Positions 62,343 through 64,000 of a stretch of 64,000 bases of DNA are shown in pieces. The DNA is taken from NCBI GenBank assembly GCA_026770705.1, contig JANJGN010000008.1, positions 25,544,001-25,608,000 of the forward strand. Reading direction: 5' to 3'. The position numbers and the translations under genes are program-made. Source of the stretch: Isurus oxyrinchus. Lineage: Eukaryota. Every line of letters begins with the position of its first letter. The stretch's first letter is position 1. The notes under the pieces are model-generated. The model saw only the letters and a program-made list of their open reading frames with translations, was not told where the DNA came from and made no database searches.

Positions 62343-64000
62343 TGTAGTAACTTTAGCTTTAAGAAGTGTAGCAACTGTAGCTTTAAGACTTATTGCACTG
62401 TGTAGTATCACGTGGCAGAATGAACGAATTAGCCCGAAGCGCACGGAACCTTAGGGGTGGAGTTTGTGTCTAGTTGTGGATCTTGACAGAAGCATGTAAC
62501 TGCTGCTGAAGACCTGTAAATAAATTTCACTGTTTCTTATGAGAAATCTGTCTGAAAAATCATGTCCATAACAACTGTCGACGAGGATGGGATTGGTTCT
62601 GGCGTTGGCCCTCGTCCATTGAATGTGAGTATCTTGTTTTAAACAGAAGAAAGGGAGAATATACTCACCAGGTATGCCACTTTTTAGCAGGATCGACCCC
62701 TTCGACTCATCCACAGAGGATTGGAGTCAATATATAGAATGCCTCAGTTTCATTTTCCAAGCAAATGAAATAACGGCGGTGGAACAAAGGAAGTAAATTC
62801 TCCTAAGTATCTGTGGGAGTAAAACTTATAATTTAATCTGTAGTTTGATGGCCCTGAACAGTCCCGATTTAAAGACCTTCGGTGAATTGGTAGACCTTGT
62901 AAAGGGTCATTTACAACCCAAACCCTCTGTAATCATGTAGAGGCCCAAATTTAATTAGAGAGTAAGAGCCCCAGGGGTGACCATAGCAACATATGTAGCA
63001 AAGTTGAAACAGCTAACTGAGCATTGTGACTTCAGGGAGACCCTAAACAATATGTTAAGAGATATTTTGGTCTGTGGTGTGCACGCTGAAGCCATTCAAT
63101 GATGGATATTAACTGAAGTAAATGTTGATTTTAAAAGAGCATTGGAAATAGCGCTTGCTATGGAAAGTGCTGAAAAGGGATTCGCAGACCTTACAGGGTG
63201 TACAAAATTGAGCCTTTTTCCAGTTGGGGCAGGAACATACTGTCTGGCGTGCCACAAAAACCAGGGAGTCAGCCGTGAAGCGGGAGACAGTCCCTGCTAC
63301 CTGAAAAATTTAAAAATATACAGGAGACAGCTTAGCAGCAAATCTGAAAATGAATTGTTACCAATGTGAAGTAACCATATCCCTGAAACTTGCTATTTTA
63401 AAGAGGTGGAGTGCCGTTATTGTCATAAAAGAGGACACATACTGAAGCAATGTAAAGCAAGTTTGCAACAGACTCCCAGACAGCAAACTAAACTAATCAA
63501 AGCACATAATGTGGCAAAACCAGAAACCACTAATTCCAATGTTTATTCCCTATTTAACATGAGAGTAGGGAAAACAGAGCCAATCATTGTTACTCTGCAG
63601 GTCAATGAAAACTTTTGATTATGGAAATGGATACCAATGCATCAGCCCCTGTAGTGGGGGAGCAAACATTCAAATATTTAACCAAGGGTGCTCAACAATT
63701 GAATATGGCGCAGACTTCAGCCAAATTGAAAGCCTACACTGGTGAAGCCATACAAGTGAAGTGTATTACCACTGTACCTGTTTATTACAAATACCAGACA
63801 GCACAGCTCCCTGTGATTGTAGTGGAAGGTGAAGGACCAAGCCTTCTGGGTTGTAATTGGTTGAGAGAAATTGTTCTTGATTGGCCAGTGAGATTTCAAA
63901 TGGAAGCCAGAAGAGTTCCTGAGTTGGAAAAGGAACGAGGCAAGGTACTTCAGAAAGAGCCTGGAGAGTCAAAGGACCTTAACAGGATCTGAAAGGAGTG
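62343..64000 (+). mobile_element. Ty3/Gypsy element F (5' LTR, gag, protease), running off the window; same lineage as B
   Basis: LTR at 62343-62573 (TGTAGTAAC...AATAAA...TAACA), PBS TGTCGACGAGGA. Gag MPLFSRIDPFDSSTEDWSQYIE at 62674, CRYCHKRGH knuckle, MEMDTNAS protease. Confidence 0.88.

Noticed and set aside
1-64000. Prokaryotic operon, defence system or phage interpretation of the ORF track
   Set aside because: Coding density is very low, ORFs are short and broken, and every recognisable peptide belongs to a vertebrate-type transposable element.

Overview
This is eukaryotic, vertebrate-type DNA. The repeat repertoire (CR1, L2-like and RTE LINEs, Penelope-like elements, PIF/Harbinger transposons and MITEs, Gypsy and Gmr1-type LTR elements) resembles cartilaginous-fish (shark) genomes, which is an inference. 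I found no intact host gene: the listed ORFs are transposon fragments or chance frames. The window is a graveyard of nested elements. It holds six decayed Ty3/Gypsy LTR retrotransposons (two with the Gmr1-type integrase-before-RT order, one nested inside another), a ~3 kb Harbinger with convergent DDE-transposase and Myb/SANT genes, a deletion derivative of it, about eight ~700-bp GGGCAGAATTTT-TIR MITEs, a near full-length CR1 and five Penelope-derived insertions. The most interesting signal is a minimal hammerhead-ribozyme-like motif in every Penelope terminus (CTG-x-x-GA / stem II / GAAA-CG-TC). Two ~220-240 bp TSD-flanked palindromic insertions are built from these termini placed back to back, and three loci share a non-canonical CUGU(U/C)GA core. 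All coordinates were read by eye and may be off by a few bases.
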